The translations under genes were made by a program, and so were the position numbers. A DNA stretch of 63,496 bases, filler included, from Octopus bimaculoides (taxonomy: Eukaryota): NCBI RefSeq assembly GCF_001194135.2. It is 7 parts of 7 records of this genome, joined end to end, with 100 filler letters (N's around TTAATTAATTAA, not from the genome) between each part and the next. Parts side by side here need not be neighbours in the genome. Positions count along the whole stretch, not along the records: positions 29,843 to 51,392 come from NC_068994.1; positions 51,493 to 59,406 come from NC_068987.1; 5 more parts are not named here. One strand, 5' to 3'. Position 1 is the first letter of the stretch; every line of letters begins with the position of its first letter. Positions 38,826 to 52,495 of the stretch are shown one piece after another. The notes under the pieces are model-generated. The model was not told the origin of the DNA, made no database searches, and worked only from the letters and a program-made list of their open reading frames with translations.

Positions 38826-39994
38826 NNNNNNNNNNNNNNNNNNNNNNNNNNNNNNNNNNNNNNNNNNNNNNNNNNNNNNNNNNNNNNNNNNNNNNNNNNN
38901 NNNNNNNNNNNNNNNNNNNNNNNNNNNNNNNNNNNNNNNNNNNNNNNNNNNNNNNNNNNNNNNNNNNNNNNNNNNNNNNNNNNNNNNNNNNNNNNNNNNN
39001 NNNNNTATATATAATTTCTTTTTAGGCTAGTTCTATAACAGATTACTGGAACATTAACAATGTTTTGTTTGAAGGCTACTGTAACACAAAATTTATCTAT
39101 AAATTGTACCAAGTACGAGATGTATAAAAACAGATGTAAACATCTTGGATTTATAGACACTATCTCAATATCTTCGTGCAGAGAAAAAGAGGGATTAGCT
39201 GGATACACGTATGCAAGCCGGCATTGCAGCCACAAGAGGAAGTTTTTTTTAATTTCAGAGTGAACAATTAAAGAAGTTTGTAATCTGACTTCAACATTTA
39301 TGACCTGTCACCTCTATCTAGATGGTTGTTCAATCTGTTGGAAATAGCAACTACATCTCTGTTGCAACAAACCCTATATTCTTGAACAAAGGGATGACGT
39401 ATTGGCTCTAATGTAGTGCTAGAAATAAAAAAAACGGATGGTCATGGTTGGAAATCCTTTGATCCTAAGGCATTTAGTCAGAGGTAACTAGAAGCTAGCA
39501 TCAACAACAGCGACATCAACCGCCACATTAACTGTAACAAAGGTTTAACAGCAACAACATAAAAAAGCGACAATGACGGTGATGACAAGAGGTAGAATCA
39601 TGGGAAGAAAAGAAGGCAAGAAAAAAGAAAGACAAAGAAGGAAAGAAAACAAAAAGAAAGAAAAGAATAACTATGAAATATAAAAAGAAAAGTGAGAAAG
39701 AGGAAAATGACAGGTAAAAAAGACAAAGATAGAAACAAAACCAAAAGTTTTGCAAGAGAAAGAAAGAAAACAGGTGAGAAAGGTTTAATGTAACAAGGAA
39801 TGGAAGAGAAACCAAAGAAAGAAAGGAAGAAAGAAAGAAAGAAAGAAAGGAAGGAAGGAAGGAAGAGAGTGTCAATGAGTTGAAAAGCCAAAGTTGGAGT
39901 AAATAGCTGTTAGAGAAGTTAGGAAGAAATCAAAGAGTAGAAGTTTAAGAAAAACAGAAGAATTAGGATAATGATGGAACAATAGTGTTACCTT

Positions 39995-40082
<88 letters not shown>

Positions 40083-40423
40083 ACACACACACACGCACGC
40101 ACACACGTATGCACGGTACCCCGCAATATAAGTAACCTTGACTTCACTGCATAACTGAGCAACATAGCCTTTTTAGGTTTTCTGAGAGAACAAATGAAAA
40201 TAATGATGGCTGTCTTTAGGAATTCCAGTGGGAACTGTTTTATATATTTAATATGATACTACAAGGATTGAACTGTTAACCTCATCTTTTATGCTGATAT
40301 AATTGTTTGTGTTTTTTTTCACTTATTTAATTGTTTTTCAGTATATTCCAAAAATTGTCAGGTTTTGTATTTCTGCATATATTGTACCAGGCATTCACAT
40401 GTACATACACGCACGCACGCACG

Positions 40424-40469
<46 letters not shown>

Positions 40470-40483
40470 TATATATTGCCACT

Positions 40484-40815
40484 GTGTGGAACTTTGGGCA
40501 AGTGTCTCCTACTATATAGTCTTGAGCAGATCAAAGCCTTGTGAATGGATTTGGTAGACAGAAACTGAAAGAATCCCAACGTGTGTGTATGTTTGAGGGT
40601 GGGGTGTACCACTGTTTTTCCCCACTACTGCTTGACAATTAGTGTTGGTTTGTTTGCGTGCCCTCAGCTTAGCGGTTTGGCCAAACAGACCGATAGAATG
40701 AGTAACAGGTTTTTAAAAAAGTATCGGGGTCGATTCTTTCGAGTAAAAATTCTTGAAGGCGGTGCCCCAGCATGGCCCTGCTGTCTAGTAACTGAAACAA
40801 GTAAAAGATAAAAGA
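40484..40815 (+). mobile_element. SINE family A, 5'-truncated
   Basis: ttgggcaagtgtctcctactatag...gaccgatagaatgagta...ccccagcatggcc...ctgaaacaagtaaaag. Confidence 0.82.
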
Positions 40816-42057
40816 TATGAGTTAGACGTATATGTGCTAAATGCAACATATTCCGATAGATCTAATCCGAGGTACAATTCCACAAAATATTTAATCTATA
40901 GTTAATAGCAACACTTTGTTAAGACATTTAAAGCTGTGGCGTAAGTGAACTTGCTAAATATGGAGCAGTGGTAAACGAGTCGGAAAAATTGCGCCAAACA
41001 ATTAAGAAAATACTTGTTTAGTGCTATTAAATGTTAAATACATACTTAGTAATCATGTATTTCTTTTAACCACGCAGAGAAAATAGACACCGTATTTAAA
41101 CCATACGACTTTCAGTAGCCAGTGAAGAAATATTCAGTCAACTAATCGATTAGTTTCAGCTTTTGTTAAAACAATCGTCAGGATTCGATTACTGTCCTCT
41201 GGTTGCCGAGAGAGCGTCGAATAGGAACACAACTTTACAATGTTGATATGACCATTAACGGGAATAAACCCATGAGAGAACTTTAGAAATAGCATGTGAT
41301 CAGATTTGAAAGTAAACTCATGTGAATCTAAACTAGTCTTCACGTCAAGCATGCCGAAAAAAGATAAAATCTAAATTCTCCACGATGTGTTGTTGCACGA
41401 TATACGCGTAACTTCGAGTAAGAACCTTGAAATCTTCTAGTCTCCTATCCCAGTTAATTTCATTAATCATTACCATCTTTTTTCCGCCTTCCCTCTCTAT
41501 TTCCTACTTTCCACCAGTCTCTCTCTCCTCCTCTCTCTCTCTTTTAGAAAAGGAGGAAATTACATTAATGACACACTAAAATACTTGGATGAACAGCTGG
41601 CTTGCGTTATGCTGAGGAACTGATTTGTGATGCCCAAAGTGTTTATATCATCTACACAACTGCAGTGCACAGTAAAGTCGATCACTTCGTCGCCACTGAT
41701 CGACTGATAAAGATGTTAGCAAACTTACTATGTTAATTTCAACGACACTAGTTGGTTACAGGCCATTACCACTTTTAATAAGCTGCCTGGCAACAGGAGA
41801 TCATTTGACCTTGCACTGCTGGCACATTTATTCCCTGCTTGCTTTAGCATTGTTGAATGAGAGGATCTTTTCCAGTACCACATATCAACCTCTCGAAAAT
41901 GAATGAAATTGAGATGAGAGCTGTTAAGAGACATGCAGGCACACAAAACTCCTCGTGTTACAAAGAAATTTACAGAGATCATACTTACATCCTTACATGC
42001 TACCGAAAGATCGTTATAAGTCAACTAGCAGGTGTCTAACCAAACGGAATTTACGTT

Positions 42058-42097
<40 letters not shown>

Positions 42098-42579
42098 CTG
42101 ACCATATTCTAATCACACTAGGTATTTGACTATGATAAAAGATGCTTTCCTGAAATGTACTCAGCAACGACACAATCATGCCTGTGCCCAAAACTTCAGT
42201 TTNNNNNNNNNNNNNNNNNNNNNNNNNNNNNNNNNNNNNNNNNNNNNNNNNNNNNNNNNNNNNNNNNNNNNNNNNNNNNNNNNNNNNNNNNNNNNNNNNN
42301 NNNNNNNNNNNNNNNNNNNNNNNNNNNNNNNNNNNNNNNNNNNNNNNNNNNNNNNNNNNNNNNNNNNNNNNNNNNNNNNNNNNNNNNNNNNNNNNNNNNN
42401 NNNNNNNNNNNNNNNNNNNNNNNNNNNNNNNNNNNNNNNNNNNNNNNNATATATTTATATGTATACGTATATATGCATGCATACGTAAAAATGTGTGTGC
42501 GAGTACTTGTGTAAGGTTTCATTTGAAATGTACTTCTTTCTTGTGACTCGATTTTCACTCCCACGTACACACGTACACA

Positions 42580-42618
<39 letters not shown>

Positions 42619-43010
42619 ACACACACACATGCACACACACACACACACATACACATACATACACGCACGCACACAAGCATCTATACGCAGGAACAGACAT
42701 ACATATACATCCACTCATTAACGTACATACGTGCATATATATGTGCATGTATAATTGTACGCGTGTGGGTGTGGATATATGAACGTTAATGCTAATGAAT
42801 AGAGGCCGGTATTGACTTTGTTTTCTTTAGATCGTTACCATTAACGTATCACATATAAGAGTACGTGTTGTTGTTGTTGTTAAATATGTTTGTGTATCTT
42901 AGTGTTATCATTCTTTCACGCCCTCTTCTCCTTTCTTTTTGATTACCTTTCACATTCCACCTTTCTCTCCCCTCTCTCTTCCTTCTTCCTGCCCCTCCTT
43001 TTTCTCTTTC

Positions 43011-43045
<35 letters not shown>

Positions 43046-43059
43046 GTCTGTCTGTCTGC

Positions 43060-43100
<41 letters not shown>

Positions 43101-43101
43101 C

Positions 43102-43150
<49 letters not shown>

Positions 43151-45485
43151 TATGCAAACACTCATATATGTAAGTACACATAGACAAATGTACACACACA
43201 CACACGCGCGCGCACCACACACATACACATACACACACCACACACACACACTCTCACGCACATTTTTCAGTAACCAATCACCATGCCTCAGATCTATCGC
43301 ATTGGCCATGGTACCGCCACTATGCAATGAATTGGATGACAATTATTATTTAATCACTGCAATTGTTTCTACATGTCATAACAACCGTATTACATTGGTG
43401 AGATGATATAATTAACATATTGTGTAATCACTATCATCCACCAAAGCTGTAAAATGTGTTTATTCAGATTATTATTTTGAATAAGTCCTTCATAAGATCA
43501 AACTAATTTCACTATATACAAGAATGAATACCCAAGGCAATGTGCTATTTTCAATGTGCTATTTGCTGACAAAACGTTTTATCAGCAAATCGCTGAAAAT
43601 AAAATAACTCATTGCGGATACTATGGAATCCTGAGAGTATTCTCACTATGATGACATCCGGTAGTCAATAACTGTGGGCGAGCTATATATATATATAATT
43701 GAGGCACCTTGCTAGTTCACTATAATCTACACACCCCCAACAATAATATTTGAATATTGAAAATCAAGACTTCGTGTGGGGGTATTTGTACCCAATATTC
43801 CTGTCGTGCGTGCAGACAACTCAACCCAGCTAAGTGAAGATAATATTCGCTCTTGGTAATTCGGACATTCACTTTTTATAAAAGTACTTTCTATAGTATT
43901 TCCGAAGTGCAGATTCCAAGTTAGGTGAACAGAATATGAATAAGTAACAAAGATGTACAGGTGTCAATTCATTACGGCCGTTTCAAGTGGCTCCATTAAT
44001 TAATTTATGAAAACATTGCATCAATTTGAAACAAACCGTTCTCGTCAGATGAATGCATAGACTTCAAACATAAAGGATAAACCATTTTTTAACAAATTTA
44101 CATTAATAATGGAAACCAAAATATTTACACTGTTTCCTTTTGTTGTAAATGTGGTAGAATGAGTTTAGAAAATAATGTCGGGGGGGGGGGNNNNNNNNNN
44201 NNNNNNNNNNNNNNNNNNNGATAAAAAGAGTGGTGACGTAGTTACTTATATTTAGAAGACTTTATGTAGTATGTAGTCTTCAACCATTTAGAATTAAATC
44301 CATTAGGATTTGTCAACTGTATTTTAGTTAAAGGCGATAAATCAATTAATGTCAGACAATCTACTAGACTTCCAATGTACTAGAACCATATATGTAGCTT
44401 TATCTACATAAAAGGGTAGGTTGCAAGGTTGGTAGTAAGAAAACGTCCGATTGGAAAGAGGTGATAACTGGAAGAAAGAGGGATAGGAGTAGCCAATACT
44501 TATTTAGATTATCAAATAAAGGGGAATATAATGAAAAACCAAAAAAGATAAGTAATATAAACTTTAGAGGTGGAAATTAGAATTCAAGGATACGGGAGTT
44601 GATAATTTATAAATTGAGAAAATTTAAATCAATATATAGAATAAGGATAGAAATTAAACTGAAAGCCTAATAATGGGATACCCTAATATATAAGGAAAAT
44701 CATTCTAAACATATTGCTTAGAAGGTCCTTATAAAGACATTTAAAAATGAATGTATAACGGAATTAGATTACCATATGGGTAGAAATACATAGTATATTT
44801 TAAAGCAATAAAAAGAACTATTCTCTTCAATACGGGTGGATAAGAATAAGATATCGTAAAGTATGGTATCGAATATAAGGGATAATTGAATAAGAGGTAT
44901 ACTAAATGTATAAGGAAGTACATTCGGAAGCAATACCTAAACCGATTTGGGCATGTAAACATTTAATGAATATTGCATGATTGAAAAATATCCCATGTAC
45001 AGTAAATTATACAAAAAGACCTTATACAAAATTTTTTTATAAATTACAAACACTAGGAAAGTATATAAAAGGATATACAAATGTATAAAAATATCAAATA
45101 CAGATATAAGAAATCACTAAACAATGTATAATTATAAATATACGATATAATATTGTTTATACAGTGAGTTTTATGAAGATAAATTATAAACTTTCTACAA
45201 GCTATAGAAGCTACACGAATGTATAAGTGGGTGTATAAATACATAAATCTAATAATATAAAATATAAAATATTTCTTTACAGAATGATATAAAAGGTATA
45301 ACATAGATAAAAATAAGGATAAGTCAAAATAAAATAAGGATTATTATATAAATTATGGTATAAATTATATTCCTATATTAAAAAGAATTTTTAGGTATAC
45401 AATATTATATTTTATATTTATAATTATACATCGTTTTGCGATATTTGTATATCTATATTTGGTATTTTTATATTTTCCTATATAA

Positions 45486-45522
45486 CTATCCGAGTATATA
45501 ACTTTACGCTCATCAGAGATAA
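45486..45522 (-). ncRNA. Decayed minimal hammerhead-like motif next to a Penelope fragment
   Basis: ttatct-CTGATGA-gcg-TAAA-g ttatata c-TC-ggatag. Stem I pairs, but the GAAA and the 3' side of stem II are disrupted. Confidence 0.35.
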
Positions 45523-45869
45523 CCGATATGGAAGGAAATATAGCGACTGCTCTCTATTGTGGGAGGTGGACTAGCACAGCCGGTCAGCGGCTGCTGTGAA
45601 AAAAGTGGTGAAATGAAGAAGGCTCCAGGGGATTGGGTTAAGAGTTATGTCCCTTGGTTGGGTATGTTGTGAAGCTGGCAAGAGTTATCTTGAAGTGGGG
45701 GAAATGTGTATTATTAATGTGCCGTCCCTGCGGGGGTGGAGTATGAGATATGGGGTGTGTGGTATATGTAGCGGTGTCATATGTATAATTTTGTCTGAGG
45801 ATGTAGGTACATATGGTTGTGTTCGTCGGTCTGTTTGCTTTCTGTAAAGGATAAAATTGTGGAGAATTT

Positions 45870-46783
45870 TCAGCTTGTCTTCAAGCGAAGAAATCTTTGA
45901 TGTTGCTGCCCCGCACTACAGCCAGGCTCTGGCTACCAACGGTTTCAAGGATAGTAATAGTTACATGCCAGACCTTAGCCCCACCAAGAGAAAGCGTCAC
46001 CGGAAAGTACTGTGGTTCACACCGTCATTCTCTTGAAACGTTGGGACCAGAGAAGATAAGATCTTCCTTAGTTTAGTTGATAGACACTTCCCCCGTACCA
46101 ACAGATTCAACAAAATATTTAATAGACATACCCTGAGACTATCCTTTAGCTGTGCATCTAGTGTAAAAAAAGATTTTAGCTGGTAGGCCCAGACCCGAGA
46201 CTGAGGCAGGATGCTCATGCAGGGGTAAAAGAATTTGTCCATTAAGTGGCCATTGCAATACTGAAACAGTTGTTTACGAGGCATAAGTAACAACAACAGG
46301 ACCCAATGGACAACCGAGCGTGCGGAAATATGTGGGTGTAGCGGAAGGCCCTTTCAGAACCCGATTTAATAACCACAAGTCCTCATTCAACATCTTAGAA
46401 AGGGAGAGACGTAACGCCACAACCCTAGCCAAGCATATCTGGGATTTGAAAGAAAGTGCTACGGAGTAGAGCGTGAAGTGGAAGATCCTAGAAAGATGCA
46501 AACCATACTTCAATAGCAGCAGGAAGTGCAGAATATGCCTGGCTGAGAAAAGAGAGATTTTAAAAGGTACCCAACGCCTGGATGTTTATCTGAATAGCAG
46601 GAGTGAGGTGTTTGTTTAATCCTTGCCCGCATGAAAGGAAGTACATTCTATCGTACCTGCGCGCCCCACCATGACTACATCCACAGGTCCCCCGCCCCGA
46701 CCTTCCTGAAACGACCTTCCACCGATGCACTTGAGCCAGACAAAAAGAGTTTGACCAAGGCACACACCAATGCACCCATGTAT
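45870..46783 (+). mobile_element. Penelope-like element 3' fragment (post-RT linker + GIY-YIG endonuclease), pseudogenised
   Basis: SSSEEIFDVAAPHYSQAL, KRHRKVLWFTPSFS, FNRHTLRLSFSC, VVYEA...YVGVAEGPFRTRFNNHKSSF, TTLAKHIWDLK and CRICLAEK...LNSRSE, with stops and frameshifts. Confidence 0.85.
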
Positions 46784-48317
46784 NNNNNNNNNNNNNNNNN
46801 NNNNNNNNNNNNNNNNNNNNNNNNNNNNNNNNNNNNNNNNNNNNNNNNNNNNNNNNNNNNNNNNNNNNNNNNNNNNNNNNNNNNNNNNNNNNNNNNNNNN
46901 NNNNNNNNNNNNNNNNNNNNNNNNNNNNNNNNNNNNNNNNNNNNNNNNNNNNNNNNNNNNNNNNNNNNNNNNNNNNNNNNNNNNNNNNNNNNNNNNNNNN
47001 NNNNNNNNNNNNNNNNNNNNNNNNNNNNNNNNNNNNNNNNNNNNNNNNNNNNNNNNNNNNNNNNNNNNNNNNNNNNNNNNNNNNNNNNNNNNNNNNNNNN
47101 NNNNNNNNNNNNNNNNNNNNNNNNNNNNNNNNNNNNNNNNNNNNNNNNNNNNNNNNNNNNNNNNNNNNNNNNNNNNNNNNNNNNNNNNNNNNNNNNNNNN
47201 NNNNNNNNNNNNNNNNNNNNNNNNNNNNNNNNNNNNNNNNNNNNNNNNNNNNNNNNNNNNNNNNNNNNNNNNNNNNNNNNNNNNNNNNNNNNNNNNNNNN
47301 NNNNNNNNNNNNNNNNNNNNNNNNNNNNNNNNNNNNNNNNNNNNNNNNNNNNNNNNNNNNNNNNNNNNNNNNNNNNNNNNNNNNNNNNNNNNNNNNNNNN
47401 NNNNNNNNNNNNNNNNNNNNNNNNNNNNNNNNNNNNNNNNNNNNNNNNNNNNNNNNNNNNNNNNNNNNNNNNNNNNNNNNNNNNNNNNNNNNNNNNNNNN
47501 NNNNNNNNNNNNNNNNNNNNNNNNNNNNNNNNNNNNNNNNNNNNNNNNNNNNNNNNNNNNNNNNNNNNNNNNNNNNNNNNNNNNNNNNNNNNNNNNNNNN
47601 NNNNNNNNNNNNNNNNNNNNNNNNNNNNNNNNNNNNNNNNNNNNNNNNNNNNNNNNNNNNNNNNNNNNNNNNNNNNNNNNNNNNNNNNNNNNNNNNNNNN
47701 NNNTATATATGAGAAATTAACGATTAACACAAATTTGTATTATTAGTTCCTGCGTTTACCCATTGTAGTTGTTCCAAGAGCAATTGGATGCTTAACCACA
47801 ACGGATCATCATGGAGCACTTTATTGTATTATCTTATAGCGAACTAATGTCTGGAGTTGAGCAGATGACGAGGCGTTTTATATGTATTTTAAGAGAGAAG
47901 TAGAAAGAAAGCAACCGGTAGAGAAAGATAAAGATAAATTAGTTCTCTGCAACAGAATGCAATAAAGTGTTCTCTGACGATCCATTTTGGATCATCGAGT
48001 TGCTCTTGTGGATCATGCAGATGCATCCAGTTCTACTTGGGATATCCAATCATAGTTCCAAACGATCACAATGGTGAAACGTACGTAGGAATTACTAATA
48101 TAAATTTGTGTTTAATGCAATTTCTTCTACATTTGTTTTGTATATTATAACTAGTGTATTATAACTAAATATAGTAGTTGCTTCATTTCTATACAGGAAG
48201 CAGGCTGGAGGATAATAATCTACACGGAACTCTAAACTTAAGAGTACTAGTTGTATATGTATTTGTACACACAAAATATAATATATACGTACATACATAC
48301 ATACATGCACACACACA

Positions 48318-48378
<61 letters not shown>

Positions 48379-49150
48379 NNNNNNNNNNNNNNNNNNNNNN
48401 NNNNNNNNNNNNNNNNNNNNNNNNNNNNNNNNNNNNNNNNNNNNNNNNNNNNNNNNNNNNNNNNNNNNNNNNNNNNNNNNNNNNNNNNNNNNNNNNNNNN
48501 NNNNNNNNNNNNNNNNNNNNNNNNNNNNNNNNNNNNNNNNNNNNNNNNNNNNNNNNNNNNNNNNNNNNNNNNNNNNNNNNNNNNNNNNNNNNNNNNNNNN
48601 NNNNNNNNNNNNNNNNNNNNNNNNNNNNNNNNNNNNNNNNNNNNNNNNNNNNNNNNNNNNNNNNNNNNNNNNNNNNNNNNNNNNNNNNNNNNNNNNNNNN
48701 NNNNNNNNNNNNNNNNNNNNNNNNNNNNNNNNNNNNNNNNNNNNNNNNNNNNNNNNNNNNNNNNNNNNNNNNNNNNNNNNNNNNNNNNNNNNNNNNNNNN
48801 NNNNNNNNNNNNNNNNNNNNNNNNNNNNNNNNNNNNNNNNNNNNNNNNNNNNNNNNNNNNNNNNNNNNNNNNNNNNNNNNNNNNNNNNNNNNNNNNNNNN
48901 NNNNNNNNNNNNNNNNNNNNNNNNNNNNNNNNNNNNNNNNNNNNNNNNNNNNNNNNNNNNNNNNNNNNNNNNNNNNNNNNNNNNNNNNNNNNNNNNNNNN
49001 NNNNNNNNNNNNNNNNNNNNNNNNNNNNNNNNNNNNNNNNNNNNNNNNNNNNNNNNNNNNNNNNNNNNNNNNNNNNNNNNNNNNNNNNNNNNNNNNNNNN
49101 NNNNNNNNNNNNNNNNNNNNNNNNNNNNNNNNNNNNNNNNNNNNNNNNNA

Positions 49151-49682
49151 CACATTCACTTTCTGCACGCGATTAGACTCGGAAAGTTTGTGAGGAAACC
49201 AGTGAACCAATTTGCTGACTTTTCCGATGGCATGCAGGTGTCGATGAATGGTTGAATTACCAAATCCAAGTTCCTCTGCTAGCTAGTTCTTCAACAGGTA
49301 CAATGGGATTTTGTTCCACCAGAGTTTGCAAGACGTCCTCGTCGAGCTCTACAGATCTCCCAGGACGAGTCTCATCTCCTAGGCTGTAGTTTCCGGCTCG
49401 GAATTTCTGGATCCACCGCTGACACTGGCTTGCGGTTATTGTCCGATCTCCATTTAGTGCATTAATATTCCTCGCACTTTCCGTTGCGCTGTTGCCTTAA
49501 TGGAAAAATACCGAATATGCTCCTTTGTCACTTCCATTATAGCTTTGAAAAAATAACCGTTAAAATCGAACTGCATTCATTAAATCTTGCACTAAGAATA
49601 AATACATGGTAAAATTACTACCTGTTCCTACCTTTTAGTTCATGCGATTGAAAAAACCGCATTATTTATGGGATGACCCAAT
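49151..49682 (-). mobile_element. Mariner transposon 5' half (decayed transposase HTH region + TIR)
   Basis: Minus-strand MEVTKEHIR..., LAEELGFGNSTIHRHLHAIGKVSKLVHWFPHKL (WVPHxL motif). TIR-like tattgggtcatcccataaataatgcgg preceded by TA repeats. Confidence 0.82.
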
Positions 49683-49715
49683 ATATATATATATGTGTGT
49701 GTGTGTGTGTATACG

Positions 49716-49754
<39 letters not shown>

Positions 49755-49815
49755 GTATGCATGTATGTATGTATGTATGTATGTATATAGGCGTGTTTGT
49801 TTGTTTGTATGTATG

Positions 49816-49847
<32 letters not shown>

Positions 49848-50446
49848 TGCATGTGTGTGTGTGTGTGTGTGTGTGTGTACACAGACGTAATAGAACTATT
49901 GCTTCAGTCCTCCTTTGCAAGCCAACATACTAAGGTAAATCAAACGTTATTTCTCTCCAATGATCCAAATCTTACTGCAGAAACAATACTAACCTGGTAT
50001 CATATACTATAAATGTCAAGCATTCCAAGATCGGTATTTATTTGCACGTAATCATCTTAATACACACATATATATAGGTTACAATATTATGGCTGTACAT
50101 TCATATATCGAGCAATGTTACTACAATATACAATACTTTGAGAAATATTTGTATTAATTTCCCGCACTTCGCTGGTAGAACTCTCTTCATTGTATAGAAC
50201 AAAGTATACATATATATATATGAAATGTGAATATACACTCGCTAAGAGGGAACAGTATTATGTAAACAATAATTTTGCTGTCGTTCTCAATGGCATTCGA
50301 CAGTACCAGTGTTTCTTATCAATAGAGCTGGTGGACTTACAAAATTTGTTTTCATCACTGACGAAAGTATGGGAAATTACGTGTATCTGTAGCATATTAA
50401 CATTATTTTAATATTAGTATTTGTATTTTTCAGCGTATTTTCCGTG

Positions 50447-51336
50447 TACGTGGCCTGATCAATAAATATTGAGACTGTTGTTATTGCAACAAAGCTAAAG
50501 CACGGAAAGTAAAGCCGCTTAGCACAGATTGACCTTGAATTCTGTTATGTATGCGCACTAAGTTTTAATGTTCTAGCTCAGTTCTACTGTTTACAGCAGC
50601 ACTTGGAAGGAAGGTGTGTAGCGTGTGATCGTCGCATTGATCATGACAGAGAAAGTTGAGCAGAGAATCAGCAGCAAATTTTGCCAAAAACTTAGCGATA
50701 CCTGCTCACAGGCCTACGCAAAGTTTTCAAAAAGTCTTCATCGTTCTTGACGCAATCAAACAGGTCTTGTGCAACTGAAACCCGTGTGTTACTTTGGTCA
50801 GCTGAAAGCAGTTTTAACACAAACTTGGCAGACACGTGTCTCATACACAAATCTTCAGTGATAATAGACTGAACTGTACCGTAGTTAATCTGCACATCCT
50901 CTCATAACTCACGGATGGTGATTTGACGATTTCCCCTCACAGCTGCATGCACATCTGCGATGTTTTTCTCAGTTCTGCTCGTTGTGGGTTTCCCAGAATG
51001 CTCGTTAATGTCGACATTGTTTGAGCCATCTTGGAAAAGTCTAAACCACTCGTACACTTGTGTGCGGCTCATACACTCCTCTTTCTGCAACTTTGCTTAG
51101 AATTCTGAGCAGGTATCTCCATGACAACTTTCTCTGTCATGGTCAATGCGACAATCACACGCTACATACCTTCCTTTGAAGCTCTACTGTAAACAGCGGA
51201 AGTGAGCTAGAACGTTAAAACTTAGTGCAGACGCACATCAGAGTTTATGGCCAATCTGTGCCAAGCGACTTCACTCTGCGTGTTTTAGCTTCGTTACTAT
51301 GGCAACAGTGCTGATACTTATTGATCTAACCTCGTA
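50447..51336. mobile_element. Fold-back mariner derivative: two inverted 5' ends enclosing a transposase fragment
   Basis: TA-flanked TIRs tacgtggcctgatcaataaatat / atacttattgatctaacctcgta. Arms ~50447-50726 and ~51089-51336 are inverted copies. The middle encodes MSRTQVYEWFRLFQDG...ITIREL...RHVSAKFV on the - strand. Confidence 0.82.
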
Positions 51337-52495
51337 TAGTTTTATGTGAATATGACGTTTTAGATTGTATCAATATATATATATATATATATNNNNNNNN
51401 NNNNNNNNNNNNNNNNNNNNNNNNNNNNNNNNNNNNTTAATTAATTAANNNNNNNNNNNNNNNNNNNNNNNNNNNNNNNNNNNNNNNNNNNNGGGGGAGT
51501 GAGCGGGCACTCACTCACGCGCGTGCGCGTATTTGTGGCGTTCTGGCGATGGCTTTGTCGTCGTCGTGATAGTGTAATTATTCTGGATAAAAGTTTCACG
51601 ATGGGTGTGGCAATCAAGATATTATTGTGGGGTGACAATTACCTGAAGAAAGGTGGGGGGAGGGCAGGTTTAATTAGCTAAAACCGTTTTGCTTAAGTAA
51701 ACAGCAAGCATACAAACACATACACATAAATAATATTTTATATACGTGTGTATATATATATATATATGTATATATGTATATATGCATACATATATGTATG
51801 TATGTATATTTGGGTGTATCTGTGTACGTATATAAAGGATATATATATAAAGAAATGTAGAATAATAGATAGGAAATGGTGGAAGGAAGATTAGACAGGC
51901 GCTATCTGTTTCCAGTGTTTCTGTTCTTTGTTTGTGGGTGTGGGGTGTGTATTTAGGTGTGGGGGTGTGATTGGGTGAGTGTGCGTATATAAAGATATAT
52001 GCATGCCCACGCACGAACATATGGATGCAGGTAATAGATCTATGTAGATATTGGTATGTATACTCGCATACACACAAATATACGCATATACTGATGTACA
52101 GGTGCTTGTATGTACACTTACATATGTGTGTAGTATGTTTATATACATACACATACGTATTTAAATGTAAGTATGTATGTATGCATGTATGTATGTATGT
52201 ATGTATGTGTGTACGTATGCATGTATGTATCTATATGGATGTGTGGATATATGCATATACATGTATATGTGTGTAGGTATGTGAGTGTGTGTGTGTGTGA
52301 ATAAATTTATATAATAGGAATTTATTCTCTCTCTCTCTCTCTTTACACGCGCACACACACACACACACACACACGCGCGCATACACAGGCATGACAGAAA
52401 TAAATAGACACACCATAAAACATCGTTTTATGTTTATTCTAAGGTTTATAATTTCTATTAATTGACATTTTTATGTTTCAGGTTCTATATAATCA

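Noticed and set aside
41728-42039. ORFs near 41.7-42.0 kb as the missing GPCR exon
   Set aside because: There are no TM helices or GPCR motifs. The + strand EIEMRAV/CYRKI pieces look more like decayed LINE RT C-terminus, too weak to annotate.
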